From the NCBI GenBank assembly GCA_964016885.1, contig CAXHJY010000028.1:5769-69768 (forward strand): a stretch of 64,000 bases of DNA. Reading direction: 5' to 3'. A model generated the notes under the pieces. The model was not told the DNA's origin, ran no database searches, and saw only the letters and a list, made by a program, of their open reading frames with translations. Each line of letters opens with the position of its first letter. Within the stretch, counting starts at the first letter, position 1. The position numbers were made by a program, and so were the translations under genes. Source of the DNA: Eledone cirrhosa (lineage: Eukaryota). Below are positions 41,118 through 54,782 of the stretch, piece after piece.

Positions 41118-41835
41118 CCCAGTTTTATTCACAAGTCATGGGTTAACCTGAGCCTATGGTAAATGAAACTTGACGAAGGTGCCATTCCAGGCCCAGTGTT
41201 ATTCACAAGTCATGGGTCAACCTGAGCCTATGGTAAATGAAACTTGACGAAGGTGCCATTCCCGGCCCAGTGTTATTCACAAGTCATGGGTCAACCTGAG
41301 CCTATGGTAAAGGAAACTTGATGAAGGTGCCATTCCAGGCCTAGTGTTATTCACAATTCATGGGTCAACCTGAGCCTATGGTAAATGAAACCTGACGAAG
41401 GTGCCATTCCCGGCCCAGTTTCATTCACAAGTCATGAGTCAACCTGAGCCTATGGTAAATGAAACTTGACGAAGGTGCCATTCCAGGCCCAGTGTTATTC
41501 ACAATTCATGGGTCAACCTGAGCCTATGGTAAATGAAACCTGACGAAGGTGCCATTCCCGGCCCAGTTTTATTCACAAGTCATGGGTCAACCTGAGCCTA
41601 TGGTAAATGAAACTTGACGAAGGTGCCATTCCCGGCCCAGTTTTATTCACAAGTCATGGGTCAACCTGAGCCTATGGTAAATGAAACCTGACGAATGTGC
41701 CATTCCCAGCCCAGTTTTATTCACAAGTCATGGGTCAACCTGAGCCTATGGTAAATGAAACTTGACGAAGGTGCCATTCCAGGCCCAGTTTCATTCACAA
41801 GTCATGGGTCAACCTGAGGTTATGGTAAATGACAC
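41118..41835 (+). repeat. 74-bp minisatellite (~9.7 units) expanded from a SINE-like segment
   Basis: Unit cccagttttattcacaagtcatgggtcaacctgagcctatggtaaatgaaacttgacgaaggtgccattccagg. The last unit continues into gacactttcccaagatgtcatgccttgggattaaacct (inverted B-box region); a similar single-copy segment lies at ~51045-51125. Confidence 0.85.
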
Positions 41836-42630
41836 TTTCCCAAGATGTCATGCCTTGGGATTAAACCTGCCACCTGAAGTTAATGCATCGTTAATTTATC
41901 AGTTGAACTAGTTGCTAAGTCTGACTTACTTAAGCTCTTAGTAGTAATGAGTATAAAAGCTGTCTTCATGAACAGTTAAAGAGTGTACTCAGTTGCAGAT
42001 GAAATACCAATATGAGTTGAAATTAGTCTGGCTGCTTCCTCTTTTTGTATTCATGAAGTCAATGAAGATATTTTGTATAAAAACAAATACTTACATCTGT
42101 CAATACGTATGGTAATTTATTACTAGAGCTGAATAGTATTTAAAATAGTTTGAACAGAAAATGTATTCTTTATAAAGTGTTGCACAAGAATATATAATCT
42201 TTATATATAAATTCTTTAAAAGAAAACCTCTAGATGGTGCCATAGCAATACCAACATACAATTCAAAAATTTACTTTACATATTTTATGAAAATTGGTTG
42301 ACTTGCTAAAAGTCCCTGTTATGAGAAACATATAAAAAGTATTAAATTAAGAATTAGGTAATCTTTTGTACGTTGCTGAATATTAGTTAATTTTACAGGG
42401 ATTGCTTTTTAATTATCTAGTTCAACTGATGTATTAGTTTTTTTACACTGTGGTTAAATAGTTGTAACATTCAATTACTATTCAGTATTAGAATTAATAC
42501 AGAAATAATTGGAATATATCAAGTTTCACTGTAGGAATATATATGTTTTACATATTGTGGTATTCAGTATGTTTTAAATGTAAATATGTTTTCATTATAT
42601 CAAACAGACTGACACACCAACACACATATT

Positions 42631-42944
<314 letters not shown>

Positions 42945-42987
42945 ATATATATATGCACAAACCCACACACATTCAACCATCTTACGT

Positions 42988-43190
42988 TAAAATAGATCAG
43001 TAAAACAGAAATAAAAGGACTGTTAACTCAATGTCACAACTAAAAGTTATGACATTGAGTTAACAGTTCTTTTAATTCTCTGTTTTACTGATCTATTTTA
43101 GCATTACAAAATTAATTTCCATTTGTTGAATAAAATATTTGCTAGACCTGAGCAGTTTATTGCATTTATGAATATGTAAGATAATTGTTT
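42988..43190. repeat. Fold-back element (arms 42988-43100)
   Basis: taaaatagatcagtaaaacaga...gttaactcaatgtca / tgacattgagttaac...tctgttttactgatctatttta. Confidence 0.75.
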
Positions 43191-46100
43191 TTGCAAATAT
43201 ATTAAAATACTAACATTGTTTGTATCAATATATTTATGGACAGCTGCATTTCAAATTTTGCGTAAAAAGGATACACTTTCTGTAAATATTTATACCACTA
43301 TTTCAAATTATGTGAAGACAAATTATTAAAGATAATTTTTTGAATGGAAAATTGAATATTTTTTATGTTAATGTCACAATTTAGTATTCTTTTTAATTTC
43401 TTATTTGTGATTGAAATATTAAAATATTTTAGGAAACTTCGAATCTGCCTGTCATATCTTTTACATTATTATTTCCAGTCATAAGATAAGAAATTCCTCG
43501 ATAAATAAAATAAAATCATATTTCAATAACATTAAGATCAGTAAATATATTTCATTGGTTTTTAATCTTATGTAAATCTAATGTAACAGAAATAACTGCT
43601 TCTTCTCAATAACCTCTAGCTCCAAACTAGACAACACATACTCTGCTTAAGAGTGTGAGGCAATTCCACGACACAGGCAATGTTTATTTTGGTAGTCCCC
43701 CACCAAAGCTGTTCACCAACCAACAACTAACTACCCTGCCCTCAACTATCAATAGAATCATACATGCTACTCAGCTGTCATTAATCAATGCTAAAAATAT
43801 CATTTTTCATTACACTCTGTCAAATGACAGAGAGGGAATAAATGAAACTCTGAGATCCTTTGAAAAAATGTATAAGAAATGTAACAGTAACAGGAAGCTC
43901 AGAGTAGCAAAGAAGCAGAACCACAGTTTCAATTAAATGGATGCATATAAATATGTATATATATATATATATATTCTATTCTATTCTAAGGCGGGTAAAA
44001 TTCCCGAGATCCATGGACGAGTTCTCTCCAGCAGTCTCTGTCCCTCATTATCACTGCCATGTCCTGCGTCTCCAACAGACCAGTGTCTGTCCTTAGGGCA
44101 TCAACATACGTTAACCTTGGTCTTCCTCTTCTAGTGTAAATAAATGGAAACTATATTTATAAAAGCATATTTATTCTAGTATATATATTTCAAGGGTGCT
44201 GAAACTTTGATATGCTCTCATCAGATAAAATACAAAGTTTGTTTTATAAATATTGACATAACCAGGAAGAAGAACTTAACGGTTCAAGTTTTTCCTAATA
44301 TCATTAAATATTATACTCCAGAAAACTTGTTGAGTGCTTTGAATCAGTTATAAACATTTATATTTGTTGAATTACTTATATATATATATATATATATATA
44401 TCATCACCATCACCACTGTTTAACGTCCATTTCCCACATTGGTAGGGGTTAGATGAGTTGTCCTGTTGTGAGACAATTCAGATCAAGTGACTGTGCCTAA
44501 CTCATACAGAACTCACATACATATGTATATAAAGATATGTATGTGTTCATAGGCATAGATGGTTTTGTGTTTTAGTCAGTTTCAGTTGCACAAGAGCTGT
44601 TCAGCAGTAAGAGAGCCCATGAAATAAATGATCAAACATTTGGAAGAGAGTAGTGAAATATATGACTTGTCATTTATTAGTATATTGAAAAGCTTTTCAT
44701 ATATTGCTATATTAAACTTTGTTTGGAATGTAAAAAAAGGTTCTTAAATAAAATTTATGATGGAAGGTTTTAAATTAAATCTACATACTTTTAAAGTAGA
44801 TAGATTTCTATAAAAACAAAACCTTTAGACATTTTCAGATAAAAGATTTTCTTATGGAATTTATATAAATAAGAGTAAACTTTGTCTACCCTCTATTCTT
44901 TAACAAATGATATGAGAAAAATAAAAGAATATAATCAAAATAGAAACTCTTAATAATAATTTCCAATTAACAGAAAATGATGCTTTAAAGTAAATGGATT
45001 TCTTAGTTTAGACCAATTTGCATAACATAAACCTTGTTTGGTATATGACTATGATTTGAAATTTTTCAGCGGTATTCTAAATAAAGATATTGAATTCTTG
45101 AAATATTTTACATCATTACTTTATTCTAATTTGTGAAGACATCTATATATATTATTAGGGTAGATATTTCAGTTATAATGTCTCACTATGAATTGAGCAT
45201 TTCTTTTCAACTGGTATAAACTATTTATTACATCATAAACTAATTAATTCAGCTCGCCATAAAGATTGGCGGTGGATTGGCAGTATCGGTAGAGGGTCGG
45301 ACGCCATGCTTTGTTGCATAGAGTTACGGCCCTTGCCAATCTGAGTTCAAATCCCGCCGAGGTTAACTTTGCCTTTCATCCTTACAGGGTCGATAAAATA
45401 AAGTACCAGTAATGCACTGGGTAATTGCTGGCCTTGTACCAAACGTAGAAACAATTATATTACATATATAGAGAAGAGAAGCTTCTTCAGTTGTGTTAAA
45501 GACAAAACAACCTTTCTAGTGCTGGTGATAACATACACCCAGTAGACTCTGTAAAGTGATTGGTATTAGGAAGGTCTTTCAGACAGAAACTTTGCCAGAA
45601 TGGAATGTATCTTAGCAAGACATGGTTCCTTGACCTGGCAACCTATCTACTTCTAGTGCCTTGATAAAATACATGCAGTACACTTAGTAAAGTGGTTGGT
45701 ATTGAGAAGGACAATCAGCTTTAGAAACTGCTAAAAATGGAATATATAAATGAGACATAGTAATTGTTTCTACTTTTGACACAAGGCCAACAATTACCAA
45801 AGTACATTACTGGTACTTTATTTTATCGACCCCGTATGGATGAAAGGCAAGTAATAACTCTGAATAAGAATTAGCTCAGACCATAATGAGCTGTCCATTG
45901 CTTTTGCAATCTTTGTTTCAATAACTTGTGACTGTCACTAATATATTCAATCTGTTAAAATTCTAGCCTTCCATTATCCAGTTTTGACTGAAGCCATAAC
46001 TGGTTCAACTGTTTACAGGGCCAGTTTAATCACATAGATATACGTCTGTGATTTAATTGTGCTTATAATAGTTTTGATATATTTATTCTTCAACTGATTT

Positions 46101-46307
46101 TTTGTTGATGAAACAATAGATTTATATAATAATAATAATAATAATGAAATTATTGTGTACAGTGCTCAGGTGCACTACAACTCATCAAAGGTGCATGTAT
46201 AGTACATAGAATATTATACACTATATATATATATTAGCACTAAAACATTAGTTTACTCTACTTCAGAATTTATTTTTTAATATGTATTTTGATGACTAAC
46301 TATATAT

Positions 46308-46520
46308 ATATATTTATTAAAATAACAGATTAAAGTTTAAGCAAAGAATCGCTGCTTTCACCCTTAAGATCTTGTTAAGGGTGAAAGCAGCGATTCTTTG
46401 CTTAAACTTTAATCTGTTATTTTAATAAATATTTGCTCTATGGTTCTTATATATTTGATATATATTTTCCTCATCGAGCCCTCTTTGGATTTTAGTCTTC
46501 ACATTTATTATTATTACTAT
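46308..46520. repeat. Fold-back element (~57-bp arms) with right tail
   Basis: atatttattaaaataacagattaaagtttaagcaaagaatcgctgctttcacccttaa gatcttg ttaagggtgaaagcagcgattc...aataaatat. Confidence 0.85.
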
Positions 46521-46976
46521 ATTATTAGGGCGGTGAATTGGCAGTATCGGTAGAGGGTTGGACGCCATGCTTTCTAGCATAGTTACTTCCCTTTACGGTC
46601 TGGGTTCAAATCCCGTTGAGGTTAACTTTGCTTTTCATCCTTACAGGGTCGATAAAATAAAGTACCAGTAATGTACTGGGTAATTGCTGGCCTTGTGCCA
46701 AAAGTAGAAACAATTATTATTACTATATATATATATAGAAGTAGTTCCACAACAGTTAATTCACCATTTCCGAGAACAATTTGTTTCACCTTAGATGGAT
46801 CATCAGCTCGGTTTAAATGAGATAATACGGAAAAGGAAAACAATTATACGAATACACATGCACAGAAGAAGTTCTTCACAAAAGGGAGTCAACTCATGTT
46901 AGATTTAGATTGATGCTCGGGAGGTGACTGCAAAAGTTCAGAATACAATAGATTATTCATGATATTTGGTCTAGAG

Positions 46977-48152
46977 CACAGGTTCTCAATCCATTTAGGC
47001 CAAACGCCCCCTTTTGTCCCTCGAAATCACGAAACGCCCCCCCCCCTACCCTATTTTTCCATTTTTCAATATACTACTGATTTTGATATCTGTAGATTAC
47101 TAAACAATTGATTAACAATATTCCAAAGATATCATTGAAAGGAAATATATAAATTTCAAAAAAAGGAACATAAATGTTTTTTTTTATGAATAAGGACCAG
47201 TTGAATTTGTTACATTCCCACCAGGCGTTACCAGCTATTTTGAACATTTATACAAGAGCAACTCTATCCAAAGAGTGCTCTTATCTGGAAGAAAGTGGCA
47301 ATTATATCATTTCAAAGCTTTCCAATTTTCCCTTTAATGAAACAGATAGAATAAATGTTGATATCTAACTTGATGTCCCCTCTGCTTTGTGAGCTTAGAG
47401 ACCACAGAAGAGGGTTTTCATGACCACGCGAGAGGGTATATTTATTAGTAAATGGTAAAATATATACAACAAATGACTGCAACTACAAATAAAAAAAATT
47501 GTTAGTTTGCTTTGTAACAATAGCATATCTAAGTTTTCGGATAAATCAACTTACTTTAACTTTGACCTCATTTCAATGGGACCCTTGAACTTCATGGAGT
47601 CTAGCTAACTCTTTGACGTCAGGCTGGATTTTCGTAAGATGTAGCCGAAGATTTCCACATGTAATTACATTGTAGCGGTTGCGAGCCTTACTGTGCAGTC
47701 TGGAAACAGCACCAAACCTCCTCTTGACTAAGTATGAGCTTGGAAAAGGCAGAGCAAATCTCTTAGCCTCTGCATGTAGGTGTGGAAATCAACGCTAAAT
47801 TTCCTCTTGCATCCAAAAAAGGGGTTCACCTATTTTGGGAAATTTAATTTTGATCATGTCATCTGCTTGAAGTTCAATGAATTCTTCCTGAAATATAACG
47901 TCCAAATCATCGACGTTAGCTATGAAAGGATCTGCTACCCACATTGGGATGTCCATCGGCAAAAGGTCGACAAACCGTTCTCTCATGTTGTTTGTAGCGC
48001 ATGGAGGTGAGCGGTATACATTTGGAGTTGGTCATCGCTTACAATGTTTTGAACATTGGCGACACTAGGAAAATTATAGAATTCCCGTCAACAAAGATTC
48101 CTTTCGATGACATTCAATTTGGCCAGGAATGTTTTCACAGCATTCCTTGTTT
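46977..48152 (-). mobile_element. hAT (Buster-like) 3' fragment with decayed transposase C-terminus
   Basis: TIR-like cacaggttctcaatcc preceded by gtcTAgag. Minus-strand remnants MRERFVDL...WVADPF...QEEFIELQAD and FALPFPSSYLV...LRLHLTKIQPDVKELARLHEVQGSH*. Confidence 0.8.
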
Positions 48153-48284
48153 AAGCAACCACTGGTAAAGGAAATAATTACCTTATGTTGTTTATTACAT
48201 AACTATTAAGCTCTGTAACCTACATAGAGCACTCTTTTTTCCTGGACCTTTCCGACAGAATTACTTCATTTATATATATATATA

Positions 48285-49460
48285 TTCCAAACTTAGAAGC
48301 AGGGACTAGAAATAAAGGGTCTCAAAGACAACCTGACAAAGACTAAGGTCCTTGTAAGTAGATGAGAAAACAGAATCCAGATCCCCTCAGGGAAATGGCC
48401 TTGCTCAGTATGTAGGAAAGGTGTAGGTAGGAACTCCATTCTCTGCCCCAAATGCAAACAATGGGTACACAAGAGATGTAGCAGGATCTCAGGAAGCTTA
48501 ACTAAGAATGTAGGCTTCACATGTAGCAGCTGTGCTGGGACAGCAAGCAGCAAACAGCCACAGGAAACAAGTACCACCAAACTCTGGGAGGGCTCTGTAG
48601 AAACAGTAGACAGCTTCTGCTACTTAGGTGACCGAATTAGCAGCGGAGGTGGGTGTTCGGAAAGTACAATAACTAGGGTAAGAATGGGATGGAAGAAGTT
48701 CAGGGAGCTACTGCCACTGCTAGCTGCAAAAGGCATCTCCCTTAAAAAGGAAAGGCAGAGTGTAATGATGCATATATACATGGATGCGTGTATACATGGT
48801 AGTGAGACCTGGGCGCTGTCTGTGGAAGACTTGTGTAGATTAGAAAGAAACAAAGCCTGCATGCTCCGATGGATGTGTAACAGTAATATACGTGAACGGC
48901 AAAGCGTAAATGAATTGAGAGAGAGACTGAGAATAAGAGGAATCAAATGCTGTGTGCAGGAGAGGTGGTTGCGTTGGTATGGACATGTGATGCGTATGAA
49001 GGATGACAGCTGCATAAAAAGGTGCAGAGCAATAGAAGTCGATGGAAACCACAGAGTGGGGAGACCCAAGAAGACCTGGGATGAGGTGATAAAAGCCGAC
49101 CTTACCCAATTACACCTCTCAAAGGCGATGACACATGACCGTGACCTCTGGCGTCGTGCAGTAATACAGAAGACCCGACCCCCCACGGGTACAAGCCAAG
49201 GCTGAAGCATATAGACAATATCCCCCCCCCCCCCCCACACACACACACACACTGCAAAGTGGTCGTGGAGGTGACATAGCAAAAAAGCACCCAGCACACA
49301 CTGTAAAGTGGACGTGTAGGCGCCACAGAAAAAAGCACCCAGCACTCACTGTAAATGAGGTTGGTGTTAGGAAGGGCATCCAGCTGTAGAAATCAAGCCA
49401 GAATCAGTTCCCGTCCCACCCTTGCAAGCAGGGAAAAGTGGACGTAAAATGATGATTTCA
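48285..49460 (+). mobile_element. RTE LINE 3' portion with PHD-like finger remnant and tail
   Basis: GKWPCSVCRKGVGRNSILCPKCKQWVHKRCS; GWKKFRELLPLL...HGSETW...RWYGHVMRM...GRPKKTW; (tga) tail. Confidence 0.9.
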
Positions 49461-50132
49461 TCATCATTGTTTAACGTCCATCTTCCATGCTACCATAGGT
49501 AGGCTGGGCTGTCCCTTTTTTGAGGGATCAGGTCAGAGGACCATGATTCGCTCATACAGAACTGATTTTGGCTTGGTTTCTACAGCTGCATACCCTTCCT
49601 AACACCTATATATATATATATAGCAGGTAAAGCAGACGTTAAAATGATGATGAGGATGATATATCATCATCATCATTTAGCGTCCATTTTTCCATGTTTG
49701 CGTGAATTAGAAGGGTTGTCCATGCTGAGAGGCAAGTCTGACCAGAGTTGGCCATGTCACACCTTGCTCCAGTGAGAACTATAAATTTAACCAGGTATTT
49801 TACAGCTGTAATACACATATATATACAAATACATGCAATGATCTATTGGTACTTAAACCTTTTGACACTGATTGTTATCTGAATATACATTGACAATAAA
49901 TCTAGGTGTATCTGTGGTCTATTAACTTATACTTTTTAAAATCTATCTGATTTCTATTCAACAATTTGTCTACCGAGTAGATGTGTCATCTTTGGGTGTA
50001 GCAACCATATAGAGGTAATTGCTATTGAAATGCAAGAAAAAGTATATATTTCTCTCCCTCTCCTACATTTTCATATTCTTACATTCACACATATACATGT
50101 ATATTCTCATATACATATATATATATATGTGT

Positions 50133-50338
50133 GAGTCCCAGGTTCAATCAGGGGTAACCACAGTAAGTAAAGTTCTCAATACATTAGTAGAGTGTATACA
50201 ATAAAATTTAATATACAGAAATGGCTTCTACAGGACTAGAGCTGTTTCATTCGAAAGAAATCATCAGGACTTTCGTGATGATTTTTTGTGAATGAAACCA
50301 TTCTATTCTTGTAGAAGCCATTTCTGTATAAAATGTTG

Positions 50339-50342
<4 letters not shown>
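50133..50342. mobile_element. Fold-back element with hammerhead-like cores in both arms and a left tail
   Basis: Arms tatacagaaatggcttctaca / tgtagaagccatttctgtata. Minus strand CTGATGAtttctttcgaatGAAAcagcTC; plus strand gTGATGAttttttgtgaatGAAAcc. Confidence 0.7.
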
Positions 50343-50377
<35 letters not shown>

Positions 50378-50379
<2 letters not shown>

Positions 50380-51035
50380 AGAGTATTGAAGTTTGCTTGA
50401 AGCATTGTGGAATAATAACTGTCCGATGCGCCATACGAACTGTAGCTTACGCACATACGTTGTATACAAGGTAGAATGTGACAAGTGCATCCACTACTAT
50501 ATCGGTAGCACAATCCGGCCACTACATATCCGGATCAAGGAACACATCAACACCAGGGCCTCGTCTTTCCGGAAACATTTAACCAAATGCGGAAACAAAG
50601 ATGGAAGACCCATTGTCACAGTGCTAGCGACAGAACGCAACGTTACGCAACATTACGAATCAAGGAAGCACTTTGGATCAAATGCCTAGGACCACAAATA
50701 AATAACTGATCCGAGAGAAGTGAGATGAGGTGGTTGGTGTAAACAAATAAGACAACAACACACGCACACACACACACAGTGGCATTCAAATGATTGTTAT
50801 TGTGTGTTTAGCGCCCCCACCGACCAACAAGCGACCAGACAGACTACTACACTGCTAGTACCAAAGACCAGTACATATAGGTAGTACAATGGATTGACAG
50901 CTAACGCCATCTCCCACAATAAAAAGGAGCTGCGTTGACCTTTGCTTGACCGCACCTATTCTGTGCACACATGCGCTCTACAGAATACCTCAGCGGACAA
51001 CAGAGGCCACGTACTGTTCCTCTCCAACAGATAAC
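50378..51035 (+). mobile_element. Penelope-like element fragment: GIY-YIG endonuclease remnant plus 3' UTR
   Basis: CPMRHTNCSLRTYVVYKVECDKCIHYYIGSTIRPLHIRIKEH...FRKH, then after a frameshift LRIKEALWIKCLGPQIN. VVY..C..C...YIG.T.R.L..R..EH is the Penelope GIY-YIG signature. Begins at (TA)n. Confidence 0.85.
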
Positions 51036-53030
51036 TAAATTTCATTGGTAGACTATTGGTTAAACCAGGGCTTTTATAGAAGACATTGACTTGTCGAAGG
51101 TGCCATGCCATAGGATCAAACCTAGAACCACTGTTTGTGTAGCAAACTTCTAAAGTACACAACCATGCCTGTGCTTATATATAAATTGATTAGTAAAATC
51201 CATGCCAAAAACAGTTGAGAGAACTCTTCACTGTATCAAGGACACAACAATTGTTGAAATATCAAGAACACAACAGCAGTGTTGGTGATATGAGAAAACA
51301 CACCCAGTACACTCTGTAAAGTTGTTGATGATAGGAAGGGCATCCAGCCATAGAAAACTCATCAAACAAAGAGTGAAGAGGACTCTTCAGTTGAATCAAA
51401 GACATGATGACATCTCTAATGCAGGACATATATCTGATTGGCTTACCTGAATGACAAGTGGCTCTGATTGAGTGCTGATTTTGTCTGTGACGACCCATCC
51501 AACCCTTGCCAGCACAGAAAGCAGATATTAAGTAATGAGGATGAGGAGGATATACAAAGACGAGTGAGGTATACAGGATGAAAAGCATTTCACAGAATAG
51601 AAAATTGTTAAAAGAAAGAAACACATGAAGTATATATGCCATATACAATGGCTATTGGCCAAGAAACATCTCTTCTGTTTGACCAAAAATAAGATTTTAA
51701 TCAACTTGTTGTTACTCTTGTTGTCTGTGTGAAAGAACATGGCTTAATATTTTGGATGTTCAGCTCACAATTGTAATATCTTGAGTTTGATTCCCAGTAG
51801 CCTGTTATGCTCTTGTGCAAGACACTTTATTTCATGTTGCTCCAGTCCACTCAATTGAAGAAAATGAGTTGAACCTGCATTTCAAAGGGTCAGTCTTGTC
51901 ACACACTGTGTTACTTTAATCCTTTAGCATTTAAACCGGCTGTATCTGGCCAAGAATTCTCTCACCTCTTTCTGTTCAAACTGACTATACCGATGTTAAG
52001 GTATTGTTCTCAAAATAAATAATATCAAAATCTCATAGATTCGATATTATGTGAGATAATTATGTGAGGTAAAGTGTTTACCACAAAAATACAATAACAA
52101 ATATAGAGTAATCATCATTCATCATTTTACGTCGTAAATGCTAAAGGGTTAAATCTCCTTGAGATGTATATTAAAAGTAGTCATGTCTGTGAAATGATCA
52201 ACCACTACCATATTAACTTCACAAGCAGTCTGTTTGGTTGATCAAACTGGAACACTCATTGTCAAACCAACAAAGGTCTCTCTATATATATATATGAATA
52301 TATAAAATGTTTATTTTATTACCATGCATCTTTTAACAGTCTATTATATTGCAAAACCAAAATGAATGAATTAGTGACAAAAGACTTTCTCATTGTTTGC
52401 CAGGTGGTATACCTCTGTTGTTATCCAATGACTCAGATTTCTGTTGGGTTATTATTGTAAAGAAAATTGCAATGGTAATGGTGGTCATGTTGGTGACATG
52501 ACAAAAAACAGCCAGTTCATCTTGTAAAGTAGTCAGGTTGGTGACATGACAAAAAGCATCCAGTTCACCTTGTAAAGTAGTCATGTTAGGGACATGACAA
52601 AAAGCATCCAGTCCATGCTGTAAATGTGGTTGGCATTAGAAAGGGCATCCAACCATAGAAGCCAAGCCCGAAACAGTTCTGTATGAGCTAGACAGGGTCA
52701 TCTGATCTGACTTGTCTCATAACATAAAAAACAACTTGTCTAACCCATGCTAGCATGGAAAATGAATGTTAAACGATGATGATGGTAGTGGTGATGATTT
52801 CTATATTTGTCAGTATAGATGGTGGTGTTGAATTCTAAAATAGCAGTGCTAGGGGTGATAATATTTTCTAGGAAGGTGAAAGAAAGTTCTACTTAAATGT
52901 TTGTCTTACAACCACATGGTTTGGGTTTTATTTCATTGTTTGACACTTTGAGTAAAGTATCTTATACTATTCTCTCAACCATATTGTATTCTTTGTTGAA
53001 CATGTTTCCATTCTAATCTTTGACCTGTTA

Positions 53031-53392
53031 GCATTTACATTAGTCTATATTTACTATTGTATTTTCACAGTAAAGGCTTTACCTCACATAACATTTACAT
53101 TACTCTATATTTACTATTGTATTTTCACAGTAAAGGCTTTACCTCACATAACATTTACATTAGTCTATATTTACTATTGTATTTTCACAGTAAAGGCTTT
53201 ACCTCACATAACATTTACATTAGTCTATATTTACTATTGTATTTTTACAGTAAAGGCTTTATCTCTCATAACATTTACATTACTCTATATATACTATTGT
53301 ATTTTCACAGTAAAGGCTTTACCTCACATAACATTTACATTAGTCTATATTTACTATTGTATTTTCACAGTAAACACTTTATCTCACATAAT
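53031..53392 (+). repeat. 60-bp tandem array (6 units) inside a piggyBac-type MITE
   Basis: Unit acatttacattagtctatatttactattgtattttcacagtaaaggctttacctcacata. The remainder of the MITE ends aaatgctaaagggttaa at 53491. Confidence 0.9.
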
Positions 53393-54053
53393 ATTGAATC
53401 TATGAGATTTTGATATTATCTATTTTGAGAACAATACCTTAACATAGGTATGAGCAGCCTGTTATGGCCAGTTTAAATGCTAAAGGGTTAATATCATTTG
53501 TAATTGATTGGTAGGGTTTTGTATGGTAGTTTTTCGATTCAAAGCCACTTCTGGTGAGGACTTAATTGCAATTAAGTGCTGCTTCTTTGAAGATATTCTC
53601 TGCTATGGATTTCATTACTTGAACCAAATACCTCATTCATTTGAAAAGCTTGTACAGAGCGAAATACATGGTCATATGTAATGAATCCTATTTATCTTAA
53701 TGTCACATATGAAAATATTATCATAAACATCTCATCTTGCCTTGAATCTTTTAATTGAAAGGCGCTTCTAATTTATATCTTGTTTTTCAAATATATATAG
53801 AACACATACACACACACACACACACACGCTCATACAGACATAGGGTGGGTGGGTGTAGGTATGTATCTAGCTTAGAAGAGGTTCACCAAACTCCTGCATG
53901 TTGTAAAAACAGCTACAAGGATTGTGTGTGTGTGTGTGTATGTATATATATATATATATACATGTGTGTATATATATATCATCATCATCATCATCATCAA
54001 CGTTTAACGTCCGTGTTCCACGCTTGCATGGGTTTATATATATATATATATAT

Positions 54054-54086
<33 letters not shown>

Positions 54087-54251
54087 TATATATACATATA
54101 TATATACACATATATATTTACACACACACACATAAAAATGTATATATCTATATACACATATATATTTACTATGGAGATATAAAAGATACAGAAGTAAAAA
54201 CCAACCAATCAGTGAGTGTGTTCTGTTATTATTTCTGGTATGACCCTCCCC

Positions 54252-54304
<53 letters not shown>

Positions 54305-54782
54305 AATATATACAAATATATTTACATACATATATATATATATTTAGATTTATATATCATCATCATCATCATCATCATCATCACCGTTTTACGTCCGTTC
54401 TTCCACGCTAGCATGGGTTAGACGGGTTGTCCTGTTGTGGGCAGTGTCTGGTCGGCTGACTATGCCTTGCTCATACAGGAACTGATTTGGCTTGATTTCT
54501 ACAGCTGGATGCCCTTCCTAACACCAACCTCATTTACAGTGAGTGCTGGGTGCTTTTTTGTGGCGCCTACACGTCCACTTTACAGTGTGGGCTGGGTGCT
54601 TTTTTGCCGTGGCACCTCCACGACCACCTTGCGGTGGGGGGAGTGGGGGCATATTGTCTATATGCTTCAGCTTGTACCCATGGGAGGTCGGGTACTCTGT
54701 ATTACTGCGTGGTTGGTGTTAGGAAGGGCATCCAGCTGTAACACATATATATTTACATATATGTATATATATATATATATAT

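Noticed and set aside
41118-41835. CTGACGA and GAAAC motifs in the 74-bp array as a tandem hammerhead (retrozyme)
   Set aside because: GAAAC directly abuts CTGACGA, leaving no room for stems I and III, and the motif appears to derive from the SINE segment gacacttgcccaaggtgcc.
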